Shown one piece after another: positions 1 to 8,279 of a stretch of DNA of 34,826 nt. The stretch's first letter is position 1; the number at the start of each line of letters is the position of its first letter. Below the pieces are notes generated by a model. It worked only from the letters and a program-made list of their open reading frames with translations, was not told the origin of the DNA and ran no database searches. This DNA comes from a virus (Duplodnaviria; Caudoviricetes), in IMG/VR virus record IMGVR_UViG_3300033067_001086, positions 1 to 34,826 of that record; one strand, 5' to 3'. The translations under genes were made by a program, and so were the position numbers.

Positions 1-458
1 CTCTCGATGGCGCTCCTGGTGGCGCTCGCGGTGGCGCTCCAGGTGGCGCTCACGGTGGCGCTCTCGACGGCGCTCCTGGTGGCGCTCGCGGTGGCGCTCT
101 CGATGGCGCTCTCGGTGGCGCTCGCGGTGGCGCTCGCGGTGGCGCTCCTGGTGGCGCTCTCGACGGCGCTCCTGGTGGCGCTCCTGGTGGCGCTCCTAAA
201 CGCATGCCACAACGCATGCCACCGCGCAGCGGAAAACCCTCCCGCAAATGCCATGACAAAAGGCGAAGGCACGAACACGATATGTTTCGGCGGCGGAAGA
301 TTTGCGGCGGCATACATGCCCAAAACGGCTTCTCGGCAGATGGCTCGATCCGCCTCCGTCATGGCCTTAGTGGACATTGCGTTCGCAATCCACTTGTCGC
401 GCCACTCAGGAAAGCGGGCGCGGTGTTCGTCGGTCAGGATGTAAAGTTTCTTCTTCAT
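1..458 (-). CDS. Tetrapeptide-repeat protein, DUF6745-like (runs off window start)
   Basis: Not in ORF track. ATG at 458 overlaps the ACP stop (ATGA). Reads [66 protein letters not shown]...then ([16 protein letters not shown])n, open to position 1. Confidence 0.8.
   Translation of the reverse strand, partial: MKKKLYILTDEHRARFPEWRDKWIANAMSTKAMTEADRAICREAVLGMYAAANLPPPKHIVFVPSPFVMAFAGGFSAARWHALWHAFRSATRSATRSAVESATRSATASATASATESAIESATASATRSAVESATVSATWSATASATRSAIE
3..194. repeat. 16 tandem 12-bp units (cNNgNNggcgct) encoding SA[TVI]x
   Basis: Exact 12-bp period with invariant GGCGCT, counted directly. Confidence 0.95.
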
Positions 459-706
459 GCCAATCGCTCCCTGGCTTCACACTTCCCCCGCACCAGCGCC
501 CAAATCTCGCCAACGGTCGTCTCGGCGCTGAACTCATGGTCGTGGATGTCGATGCCGAAGTGGTCCTCGATGGCGAGCGAAAGCACGCACATGTCCAGCG
601 CGTCGGCACCAAGCTCGGCCAGCGTCGTCTCCGGCGTGTTATGCTCGGGCACCGGGCGCAGCGGGTTGTCCAGCTCGGCGCGGATCAGGGGGAGGAGGTG
701 TTGCAC
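455..706 (-). CDS. Acyl carrier protein-like protein with Ser>Ala at the phosphopantetheine site
   Basis: [24 protein letters not shown]...TTVGE matches the ACP pattern LGADSLD..EL...LEE.F...I....TTV. Confidence 0.85.
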   Translation of the reverse strand: MQHLLPLIRAELDNPLRPVPEHNTPETTLAELGADALDMCVLSLAIEDHFGIDIHDHEFSAETTVGEIWALVRGKCEARERLA

Positions 707-708
707 TG

Positions 709-743
709 AAAAACTGCGGCGGGGCTTATTGGGCTCCCGCCGC
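709..743 (-). terminator. GC hairpin plus U-tract between AAA ATPase and ACP-like gene
   Basis: Minus strand GCGGCGGGAGC-CCAATAA-GCCCCGCCGC followed by AGTTTTT. Confidence 0.5.
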
Positions 744-755
744 TCCCTTGTGGAA

Positions 756-1883
756 TTACTTGCTGCGCAGATCGGCCCGAGCCGCCGCGATCATGTCATC
801 GACCCGCGCGACCATGGCTTCGTCGCTGACCGCCGCACGGTGCTTGAGCCATTCGTCGTCCACCTTGTTGAGCGCCTGCGTGGTCTTGGCCTCGCGTGCG
901 CCGGCCAAAACGGCTTCGACGGCGGCCTGCCATGCGGGTTCTTCCGCGCCGTCGAACTGGTCGCCGTGGGCTTCGTCGGCGCGGCCTTCGGCTGCGGTGG
1001 GATTGTCTTCGGAGAGGGTGCCGTCGTCCTGATCATCGCGCGTCGGCTGCGCTTGGAACCGCTGGCCGGTCGGCTTGTCGCCGTCTGTCGGCTTGGCTGG
1101 AATGCCCGCCGCCCACTTGGCGAGGCTGCGACCGATAGCCTCGGTCATTGGCCCGCCGCGCTCCGCAATGGCGCGGAACTGTTCGGGCAGCTTGATCGCT
1201 TCCTGCTCGCCCTTGAGGTCCGAGCGCCAGGTCGGAACGCCGCCAGCGCCGGGAAGGAACAGGGCGTTCAGCGCAAGCTCAAACAGCCATTCGGTCGCGC
1301 CGATGGACGTGTAACCCTTGTCGATGGGGTTCTGGCCGCGCACGACCTCGATGCCCTTCTTCGCCCGGAAGCAGAAGATCACCGGCATGTTGAGTTCGGT
1401 CGTGATCGCCGCAATCAGCTTGCGCCGGCCGCCCTTCACCTTCGCCCATCCCGGAATTGCCTGTTGCGCCCTTTTCTTCCAGTCGTTGCCGCTGGGGTCG
1501 ATCTTGTCGAGATAGGCTTCGTGCTGCTCAAGCAAGCCGCCGGGCCCGTCGTGTTCATGGCTGCAACTGTCGATCACGACGACGCCAGCGCCCTGTGCCT
1601 TGCAGAACCGCAGGGCTTCGAGATAGTCGAGCGCGCCAAACGGGGCCTCGAAATTGACGTGCTTGAAGTCGAAACGGTCGGCGTAATGCAGGGCCCGGCG
1701 CTGCTCGGTATCGACGACGAATATCTCACCGCCGACCACTTCGCGGATGCCGCTGGCAAGCCGCAGGGCCGAGAATGTCTTGCCGGAGCCGCTAGGCCCG
1801 GTCAGGCCAATCAGCAATGGCACCGGCGCTTCGGCCCTGGCTTCCTTCGCCTCGTAGGCGACAAATCGCGAACGCATGTCCAT
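756..1883 (-). CDS. AAA-family ATPase, Sak4-like recombination protein
   Basis: Walker [14 protein letters not shown], Walker B VVVIDS; start reassigned to ATG 1883 (TAATG overlap with exonuclease stop). Confidence 0.8.
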   Translation of the reverse strand: MDMRSRFVAYEAKEARAEAPVPLLIGLTGPSGSGKTFSALRLASGIREVVGGEIFVVDTEQRRALHYADRFDFKHVNFEAPFGALDYLEALRFCKAQGAGVVVIDSCSHEHDGPGGLLEQHEAYLDKIDPSGNDWKKRAQQAIPGWAKVKGGRRKLIAAITTELNMPVIFCFRAKKGIEVVRGQNPIDKGYTSIGATEWLFELALNALFLPGAGGVPTWRSDLKGEQEAIKLPEQFRAIAERGGPMTEAIGRSLAKWAAGIPAKPTDGDKPTGQRFQAQPTRDDQDDGTLSEDNPTAAEGRADEAHGDQFDGAEEPAWQAAVEAVLAGAREAKTTQALNKVDDEWLKHRAAVSDEAMVARVDDMIAAARADLRSK

Positions 1884-2755
1884 TAGGCAGCTTCCTCTAG
1901 TTCCAGGTCGGTGAGTTGGTTCAGCCACCACGCGGGGGGCTGTGCGGTGTAGGGTCGATATCCCGGCCACTCGCCGGAACGCATGCAGCCGGCGAAGATC
2001 ATCACGGCCTTGTCGATTTCCAGCGATGCGCCGTAGCGGAAAGCCTCGGTCGGCTCGGCGTAGCGCGCCAGCCACGGGGCTTCCTTTTCGCTGAACAGGA
2101 AGCCGAAACGCGGGCGCGCCTTGCTTGGCGAAAGCGCCTCCAGCCCCTCGGAATAGAAGGCGTGCTGGCGCGCGTATCCACCGGCAAAAGCACGGTCGAT
2201 AGACACGTTCCCGGCATCGGCGCAGGTTTTCACGTCCAGCGCCAGATTGAGCGATGGGCACCACACGTCCACCATGGCTCGACACCAGAGCGGCAGGCCG
2301 TTAACTGGTCGCTTCCAGGCAATGACGACTTCGGTCTGGTAGGGCTCATCGCGCGTCTCAAGCCGTATCCCTTCCCTGATCGTCGCCGCCATTGCCTGGG
2401 CGTCGTCGAACACCGCCCGCTTGACCGGGATGACGCCCCGGTTTTCCACTTCGGCTTTCCACTCCTTGGCCTCTTTCGAGCGGTATTCGTCGAACGGACT
2501 GATTTCGTAATCGTCGCCCTTGTCGAGCGCGAGCCGGTGGACCAGCCTGCCCATATGCCGCGCTGCAGTGTCGGCGCGTTCCTCGGCGGTCTGGCCGATT
2601 GCCGGATGCTCATGAGCGAACTTGGCCGGGCAAGAAGCAAGTAGCGTCTTGATCCCGCTGTTCGTCAGCGCCGGAGCCGGGCAAGGCTCGGCGAAATACT
2701 GGTCCGGGGTGATGTCGGGATAGAAGCCCGGCTCGGTGATAAGGGGCATGGTCAT
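1883..2755 (-). CDS. PD-(D/E)XK exonuclease, RecE/ExoVIII (DUF3799)-like
   Basis: [23 protein letters not shown]...DVKT, Y.RQ.AFY motifs; next to recombinase-like ATPase. Confidence 0.85.
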   Translation of the reverse strand: MTMPLITEPGFYPDITPDQYFAEPCPAPALTNSGIKTLLASCPAKFAHEHPAIGQTAEERADTAARHMGRLVHRLALDKGDDYEISPFDEYRSKEAKEWKAEVENRGVIPVKRAVFDDAQAMAATIREGIRLETRDEPYQTEVVIAWKRPVNGLPLWCRAMVDVWCPSLNLALDVKTCADAGNVSIDRAFAGGYARQHAFYSEGLEALSPSKARPRFGFLFSEKEAPWLARYAEPTEAFRYGASLEIDKAVMIFAGCMRSGEWPGYRPYTAQPPAWWLNQLTDLELEEAA

Positions 2756-2973
2756 TCCTCCATGTTCTTCGCACCGCCCGAGCTGGGGGTTGGATCACCG
2801 GGTCGCAGTGGTGAGATTGCCCGGACGGTGCGAAGTTGCAGTGCGGCGCGGGCGGCCTCGTAGCTGCCATGCTCGCGGATCATGCTCGCGGTGACGCGGG
2901 CGACGAAATGCTCATGGGCCGGGCGCTGGTCGGCGCGCAGGACCGGCACGCGGATGATGCGCTCGCGGGTCAT
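2752..2973 (-). CDS. Hypothetical protein
   Basis: MTRERIIRVPVL...; ATGA overlaps on both sides. Confidence 0.6.
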   Translation of the reverse strand: MTRERIIRVPVLRADQRPAHEHFVARVTASMIREHGSYEAARAALQLRTVRAISPLRPGDPTPSSGGAKNMEE

Positions 2974-3053
2974 CCCAGCACCAGCGCAAGCCAGTAGGCC
3001 CAAACGGCAACAGCAGCGCCGATGATGAGGGTTTCGCGGGCCAGGCGGATCAT
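2970..3053 (-). CDS. 27-aa single-TM peptide
   Basis: MIRLARETLIIGAAVAVWAYWLALVLG; fills the gap exactly with TGATG and ATGA overlaps; below ORF-track cutoff. Confidence 0.65.
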   Translation of the reverse strand: MIRLARETLIIGAAVAVWAYWLALVLG

Positions 3054-4342
3054 CAGAATGGCTCCCGTGCGGACTGCTCAACGTGGGCAAGCAGTTGGTC
3101 GAACAACCAGTTTTGAAACTGGCGGGTGCAGTCCGAGGCGCCGGATCGAAGGTGCGCGAACTCTTCCAGCAAAGTGGCGGCAACCTCGCGGGTGCCCTTC
3201 TCAAAGGCTAGCAGCGACAGGAAAATCTTGCCGTTGTGTGCCGAACCGCAAATGGACGGCCCCAGGCTGTCAACCACAGTGACCGGGAACGCCTCAATCC
3301 CAAAGCCGCCTGCGCTGAGCATCTTCGTGGCACGGTCCAGCATCCTTTGCTTCACCGGATCGAGCGTCACAGAGTGCCCCGGCTTTGCGTCGTCCATCGC
3401 GGACTTGCGAGCAAAGGCGGCCGCAGCAGGATTGACGTTCAGTTCCCGCGCTGCGCCAAGAGCAAGTTCGCGCGATACCGCCCGGAACGCATCGCCCGGT
3501 CGTCCCCATTTCGGAACGTCCATGTGATGCTCTGAATAGGTTTCGCCACAGGTCAGAACGTCCCGGAGCATCTGAGTTTCGGTCAGCGCGCCGATGCAGC
3601 GCTCAATCTGTAGATCGACGGCCCACGGGTTTGCCGCAGTGCGGTCCTCGGTCAGTTCCAGCGTCTCATTTATGTTGTAGCGATAGAAGCTGGGCCTCGA
3701 CAGCGCATGGACCCGGACCCCGCGATAATAAACATACATGCTCGGGCCGGGGTGAACTTCCGCATGCTCGTTTGAGCAAATCGGGTCCGTGGCGACGAAT
3801 ATACTGTCGCGGTCAGGCCATACTTCGTTCAGGCCCGTGGCTGCGATGGTGGTGTAGCCATCCAGGGGCGTCCAATCGCACTGAACCGACCGGAAGTATT
3901 CACCGCCTTCATCCCGGCAATTGCTAGCCAGTTCACGGAATGCCATCCAGCGCTCCCATGTCCGGCCAAGCTGGGTAGTAAACCCAAGGCGCTGCCCATT
4001 CATCGTCACGAAATCGAATGGTTGGCCGCGCACTTCATCGCGCTCGGTGCCGAAGTCGTATTGATCCAGTCCCCGCCAGATGGTGACAGAGCCGCCATTT
4101 CGCAGGATGGTGGCGATGGCGAACTTGAGTCCAGTCCCGAAATAGCCAATGGGACTGTCGCCGTCCTTGACGCTAATGCCCATGGTTGTGACAGCAGCCA
4201 TGTCGATCAGACCGGCATTCTGGAACACAAGGGGCTGTTCAGCGGTCACACGTTCGCGGTTGCGTCCGGCGTATCCCCATTCATTGGAGCGCGCGTCGTT
4301 CGCCGCAGCTTCGTGCATGCGGAGGGCCTGGCGCGCGCTCAT
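3053..4342 (-). CDS. GHKL/HATPase-domain protein with C-terminal zincin-like EExxH motif
   Basis: MGISVK...IGYFGTGLK and RELASNCRDEGG motifs; C-terminal TLLEEFAHLRSG; ATG 4342 coupled to upstream stop. Confidence 0.7.
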   Translation of the reverse strand: MSARQALRMHEAAANDARSNEWGYAGRNRERVTAEQPLVFQNAGLIDMAAVTTMGISVKDGDSPIGYFGTGLKFAIATILRNGGSVTIWRGLDQYDFGTERDEVRGQPFDFVTMNGQRLGFTTQLGRTWERWMAFRELASNCRDEGGEYFRSVQCDWTPLDGYTTIAATGLNEVWPDRDSIFVATDPICSNEHAEVHPGPSMYVYYRGVRVHALSRPSFYRYNINETLELTEDRTAANPWAVDLQIERCIGALTETQMLRDVLTCGETYSEHHMDVPKWGRPGDAFRAVSRELALGAARELNVNPAAAAFARKSAMDDAKPGHSVTLDPVKQRMLDRATKMLSAGGFGIEAFPVTVVDSLGPSICGSAHNGKIFLSLLAFEKGTREVAATLLEEFAHLRSGASDCTRQFQNWLFDQLLAHVEQSAREPF

Positions 4343-4521
4343 GCTACACCTGCCTTCGCCAGCGCATCGCGGGCAATGTCGATCCGGGCGCATGCCAAGT
4401 CGCGCCAGCCATTAGGCTGGTCGGCGTCGGGGCAAAGTTCCAGCGGGACAACCGCTTCGGCGGCGATCCGGCGCAGGGCTTCGCGCAGCAGCGCCTCGCG
4501 TTGGGTCAGGGTCGCGCTCAT
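4339..4521 (-). CDS. Hypothetical protein
   Basis: MSATLTQREALLREAL...; ATGA overlaps on both sides. Confidence 0.6.
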   Translation of the reverse strand: MSATLTQREALLREALRRIAAEAVVPLELCPDADQPNGWRDLACARIDIARDALAKAGVA

Positions 4522-4904
4522 GCTGCATCTCCCAACACCGGCGTGTTGCAGATCAGCTTCCACCTGATCCGAGCCGCGTGGGCATCGCCAAGCCACGGCG
4601 GGACCGAGCCGAAATGCTCCATGGGATCGCCAAGCCGCTCGTTCAGCCAGTCCTGTACGCTGGGCTCGGCCTGCATCGCGTCGAGGTATTCAGCCGCGCG
4701 GCCTTGCGCCTCGCATTCGTCGAAGGTGCCGCCTGCGCGTGCGTTTACCGCCGCATCGCGCTCGCCTTCCAGCATTTCGACAACCATGCGACCGTTCGCG
4801 GTGCAGGGCGACCAATACCAGCTATCGAGGCCCGCAGCGTAGCCGCGATGGATCGCGGGCTGGAAATCGCGCGGGGCGATGTGGGGGAGTAGGGAAGTTG
4901 ACAT
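4518..4904 (-). CDS. Hypothetical protein, first gene of leftward operon
   Basis: ATG 4904 preceded by AAGGAGG. Confidence 0.7.
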   Translation of the reverse strand: MSTSLLPHIAPRDFQPAIHRGYAAGLDSWYWSPCTANGRMVVEMLEGERDAAVNARAGGTFDECEAQGRAAEYLDAMQAEPSVQDWLNERLGDPMEHFGSVPPWLGDAHAARIRWKLICNTPVLGDAA

Positions 4905-4927
4905 TGCGTGCCTCCTTGTTGGAAGCA

Positions 4928-4978
4928 CGTATGGCGCGTAGTTTTCTACACGTCAAGCAGTTTATGTAGAAAATTACA
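4928..4978 (-). promoter_or_regulatory. PL-like promoter with two operators (4937-4950, 4965-4978)
   Basis: TTGACG (minus, 4956-4951) flanked by CGTAGTTTTCTACA and TGTAGAAAATTACA. Confidence 0.75.
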
Positions 4979-4986
4979 CGGTGGCG

Positions 4987-5304
4987 CTAACCGTCGGTTC
5001 CCGTCCTGGCGAGCGCCTCTAGTAATTGCCGGGCCAACGCGTGCTGTTCGGCGGGAATGCGCGCCACAATATCAGCAATGTCGGTTGCCCGGTCCGGGTC
5101 GCCCTCACCAAAGATAAGCCACACCGGATCGACGCCTAGCGCTGCTGCCAGCTTTTCAGCTGTATGAATCTTCATGTCGTCCGTTCCACCGCGTAAAAAC
5201 TTGTGCAGCATGGAGTCAGAAAGCCCGGCGGCAAGCGAGACGCTGCGAACGGACAAATCCGGCTTTTCAGCAAGAACAGCATTGATTCTGGCGCGCATAC
5301 CCAT
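4987..5304 (-). CDS. CI-like XRE HTH repressor (start uncertain, no peptidase domain)
   Basis: LSVRSVSLAAGLSDSMLHKFLRG...KLAAALGVDPVWLIFGEG; divergent from a small Cro-like gene. Confidence 0.85.
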   Translation of the reverse strand: MGMRARINAVLAEKPDLSVRSVSLAAGLSDSMLHKFLRGGTDDMKIHTAEKLAAALGVDPVWLIFGEGDPDRATDIADIVARIPAEQHALARQLLEALARTGTDG

Positions 5305-5341
5305 TGCCGCAAGGTGCCACATCACAGGCATTTGCAGGCAG

Positions 5342-5385
5342 TGTAGAAACCTACTTGACGGGGTGTGTAGTTTTCTACATATCAT
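5342..5385 (+). promoter_or_regulatory. PR-like promoter with two operators (5342-5355, 5366-5379)
   Basis: TGTAGAAACCTACT and TGTAGTTTTCTACA flank TTGACG at 5355-5360; CATATC/TATCAT -10 candidates. Confidence 0.75.
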
Positions 5386-5390
5386 GCGAC

Positions 5391-5585
5391 ATGTCCGAAA
5401 CAGAGCAACTCATTGCCCGCATCCATAAGCTGGCAAAACGCATCGACAGATCGCCCGCGACCATATCCGCGAAGGTGCTGGGCGGCGGGCAAGTGCTGTC
5501 CGATCTTGAGAGCGGCAAGACCATTACGCTTGCTAAGTATGAGCGGGCGAAGGTGCTTCTGGCTGAACTGGAGCGCGCGGCATGA
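5391..5585 (+). CDS. Cro-like DNA-binding protein
   Basis: MSETEQLIARI...SPATISAKVLGGGQVLSDLESGKTITL; 64 aa, divergent from repressor. Confidence 0.75.
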   Translation: MSETEQLIARIHKLAKRIDRSPATISAKVLGGGQVLSDLESGKTITLAKYERAKVLLAELERAA

Positions 5586-5812
5586 GGTCGGGACCACGCA
5601 TAACGCCAGAAAACGAAGGGCGTTTTCACGTCTATTTTGCCGGAGCACTCGACAAGGTAAAAATCGGTTGCTCGATGAAGCCTGCCGATAGGGTGTTGAA
5701 GGTCGGGGAGTGGATACCGTTTCCGATCACGCTTCTTGCGATGATGAAGGGCACCTATGCCTTGGAAGCCGCTTTGCATCGGATGTTTGCCGATGTGCGG
5801 GGGGTGGCGTGA
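5582..5812 (+). CDS. GIY-YIG/T5orf172-like protein, probably C-terminally truncated
   Basis: VYFAGALDKVKIGCS..P..R and LEAALHRMF; ends before the usual GEWF motif. Confidence 0.6.
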   Translation: MRSGPRITPENEGRFHVYFAGALDKVKIGCSMKPADRVLKVGEWIPFPITLLAMMKGTYALEAALHRMFADVRGVA

Positions 5813-6321
5813 CAAAAACTGTCATCTCCGGCGCGGAAGACATCATCCGCCGCACCGCCGCCGCGTTCGGCCTGACCGTGGAACAACTGCGCTCGCCGCG
5901 CCGCCACCGCAAGTTTACCGAGCCCAGGTTCGCCGCCTACTGGCTGCTGCGCAAGCACCTGACCGGCGGCGGGCGCCAGCGCAGCTTTCCCGAAATCGGC
6001 CGGCTGATTGGCGGCAAGGATCATTCCAGCGTCATGCACGGCATCGCCCGCGTGCCGGACATCGCCGCGCGCGATCCCGATTACGCCGCCCGTCTGCGCG
6101 CCCTGGACGAAGGGCGCGAGGTTTACGGCCCGCCGCGCCCGCTCGACCGCAAGGATCGCCCGCCGGTATGGAACACGCGCGAGCAGGCTATTGTCGCGCG
6201 GGTCAAGCCCGTCGCCTGCAACAGGGACGAGCCAGAGCCAAGTGAACTCGCCCACAAAGCGGCCATGCGTCGCGGCTCGTTCGCGCTGGAGATGGCGCTG
6301 CGGGGGGCGTTGGCCGCATGA
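5809..6321 (+). CDS. DnaA C-terminal (domain IV) HTH-containing protein
   Basis: FGLTVEQLRSPRR..KFTEPR.AAYWL...SFPEIGRLIGGKDHSSVMHG; GTG 5809 with GTGA overlap. Confidence 0.85.
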   Translation: MTKTVISGAEDIIRRTAAAFGLTVEQLRSPRRHRKFTEPRFAAYWLLRKHLTGGGRQRSFPEIGRLIGGKDHSSVMHGIARVPDIAARDPDYAARLRALDEGREVYGPPRPLDRKDRPPVWNTREQAIVARVKPVACNRDEPEPSELAHKAAMRRGSFALEMALRGALAA

Positions 6322-6743
6322 AGCACGCCGGAGGCCGTCCCCGCGTAGAGTTCGACCGCGAAGGCGCGGTTGCAGCATACGAGGCCGGGGAATCCGTCTG
6401 TGCCATCGCCCGGCGCATCGGCGTTTCCGCGATGTCCGTGTTCCGTGAACTGCATCGCCGGGGGATCAAGCGCGAAAGGCCTGTGTATCAACCCAAGCCT
6501 TCCACGCATGGCCTGCTCAAGACGCACTGCAAGCGCGGGCACCCGATGATTGGCGAGAACCTCTACGTTCGGCCTAGCGGTGGGCGTGTGTGCAAGGCGT
6601 GCCGCAAACTGAACGAACAGGACAGGGCGTCAACCCTGTCGCTGGAGGATCAATACGAGGCGCTTACGCCATGGGAGATCAAGGCGATGATGCGTGAGGC
6701 CAACGCGCGTTTCGTCGCGGCATTGCGGGAGGCGCGCGCATGA
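6318..6743 (+). CDS. HTH plus THCKRGH...RVCKAC zinc-finger protein
   Basis: YEAGESVCAIARRIGVS HTH; KTHCKRGH...N...RVCKACR. Confidence 0.7.
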   Translation: MKHAGGRPRVEFDREGAVAAYEAGESVCAIARRIGVSAMSVFRELHRRGIKRERPVYQPKPSTHGLLKTHCKRGHPMIGENLYVRPSGGRVCKACRKLNEQDRASTLSLEDQYEALTPWEIKAMMREANARFVAALREARA

Positions 6744-6931
6744 GCCGCCCCCAGCGCCGCCCGAACAAGGCGATCACGCAGGCGCAGCAACTCACCCTGC
6801 TTCGCGACAAGCTGATGTGGTGCAAGTGGCCGCCGGACGCCGGTTCGCTGGCGCGCAGTCATGGGCTGCATCCCGCTTTGGTCGAGGCAGAGATCGCCGC
6901 CGAGGATATGCGTCGGAGGATGGGGGCGTGA
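6740..6931 (+). CDS. Hypothetical protein
   Basis: Coupled overlaps on both sides with GGAGG upstream. Confidence 0.6.
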   Translation: MSRPQRRPNKAITQAQQLTLLRDKLMWCKWPPDAGSLARSHGLHPALVEAEIAAEDMRRRMGA

Positions 6932-7899
6932 GCCTCGAGGCCCCGTTCCCCTACTTCGGCGGCAAGCGCGACGTCGCGGCGCAGGTTTGGGCCGCGCTGG
7001 GAAATGTCGCGCATTATGTCGAGCCGTTCTTCGGTTCCGGCGCGGTTCTGCTCCAGCGTCCGCATGCGCCGCGCTTCGAGACGGTCAACGATCTCGACGG
7101 CATGGTCGCAAATTTCTGGCGCGCTGCGAAGCATGATCCAGAAGCCCTTGCCGAGGAAGCCGACTGGCCGTGCAATGAGGCCGACCTGCACGCGCGCCAC
7201 GTATGGCTTGTGGGACAGCGCGAGCGCCTGACCGAGCGCCTGATGGGAGATGCTGATTGGTTCGACGCCAAGGCGGCCGGATGGTGGCTGTGGGGCGCAT
7301 GCAACTGGATCGGCTCGGGATGGTGCAGCGGCAAGGGACCGTGGATATCGCTTGACGGTGAATTGCGCGACGTCCGCAAGCTTCCCCACCTGTCCTCGGC
7401 TCAAGGCGTAAACCGCCAGCTTCCCCACCTGTCCGAGGGGAGGGGCGTAAACCGCAAGCTCTTCATCCTCGAATGGATCACCGCACTCCATGACCGGCTG
7501 CGCGACGTGCGTATCGCCTGTGGCGACTGGAGCCGCGTGACCGGGCCAGCGGTGCTTGACGCAGGAGGCGGGACGAGTGGCGTGTTTCTCGACCCGCCAT
7601 ATGACCAGGACGAACGCGCCGCGGTCTATACCATGGAAAGCCCGGTCGCGGCCGATGTGCGAGAATGGTGTGCCGCGAATGGCTCCGACCCAACAATACG
7701 AATCGTGCTTGCTGGATACGACGGCGAGCACAATGCGCTGGAAGATATGGGCTGGCGCTCGGTCGCCTGGAAAGCGCGTGGTGGATACGGTTCGCAAGGG
7801 GAAGGCCGGGGGCGCGAAAACGCGAGCCGGGAGCGCCTGTGGCTTTCTCCGCATTGCATGGGCGTAGCGCCGGACTTGTTTGCGGGGTTCGCCGCGTGA
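6928..7899 (+). CDS. DNA N6-adenine methyltransferase (Dam/D12 class)
   Basis: PFPYFGGK, YVEPFFGSG, VNDLD, FLDPPY; GTG 6928. Confidence 0.9.
   Translation: MSLEAPFPYFGGKRDVAAQVWAALGNVAHYVEPFFGSGAVLLQRPHAPRFETVNDLDGMVANFWRAAKHDPEALAEEADWPCNEADLHARHVWLVGQRERLTERLMGDADWFDAKAAGWWLWGACNWIGSGWCSGKGPWISLDGELRDVRKLPHLSSAQGVNRQLPHLSEGRGVNRKLFILEWITALHDRLRDVRIACGDWSRVTGPAVLDAGGGTSGVFLDPPYDQDERAAVYTMESPVAADVREWCAANGSDPTIRIVLAGYDGEHNALEDMGWRSVAWKARGGYGSQGEGRGRENASRERLWLSPHCMGVAPDLFAGFAA
7375..7460 (+). repeat. 39-bp in-frame tandem repeat within the methylase
   Basis: RKLPHLSSAQGVN / RQLPHLSEGRGVN / RKL; units 7375-7413 and 7414-7452. Confidence 0.85.
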
Positions 7900-8279
7900 C
7901 AAAACCTGTCACCCCCACCCGCCGCAAGTCGACCGAGGCCGATATCGTCGTCGGCTTCCGCAACTGGCTGCGCATCCACGCGCCTGCGATCAAGTGGGTT
8001 GCCGTGCCGAACGCTGCCAAGCGGGGGCGCTACGCCACGCGGCAGGCCCAGCGCGAAGGCATGACCAAGGGTTTCCCCGATGGCCTGTGCCTGTGGCCAG
8101 GTGGCGGGATCTGCTTTTTCGAATGGAAGCGCCTCGGCGGCAAGGCGAGCGACAACCAGGCGGAATGGCTGCTGCGACTCAAGGAATATGGTTTCCCCGT
8201 CGCGCTGGTCAGCAGTGCCGAGGAAGCGGTCAGCGTGTTGCGGTCCATCGGTGCTCCGGTGCGGGAGGTGGTGGCGTGA
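7896..8279 (+). CDS. VRR-NUC domain nuclease (Holliday junction resolvase-like)
   Basis: TEADI, AVPNAAKR, EGMTKGFPD, FFEWKRLGGKASDNQ. Confidence 0.85.
   Translation: MTKPVTPTRRKSTEADIVVGFRNWLRIHAPAIKWVAVPNAAKRGRYATRQAQREGMTKGFPDGLCLWPGGGICFFEWKRLGGKASDNQAEWLLRLKEYGFPVALVSSAEEAVSVLRSIGAPVREVVA

Noticed and set aside
3-194. Possible CRISPR array
   Set aside because: Period is 12 bp with no unique spacers; it is an in-frame coding repeat
7-444. + strand hydrophobic ALxV-repeat ORF
   Set aside because: Antisense shadow of the minus-strand gene, which is coupled to its operon
1884-2285. N-terminal extension of the 509-aa ATPase ORF
   Set aside because: Overlaps the exonuclease; ATG 1883 has TAATG coupling and an RBS
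204-2644. Long + strand ORFs (204-1886, 1916-2644)
   Set aside because: Antisense to well-supported recombination genes; expected in high-GC DNA
6928-8279. Methylase plus nuclease as a restriction-modification system
   Set aside because: Stand-alone VRR-NUC is a common phage resolvase in this region; adjacency alone is weak
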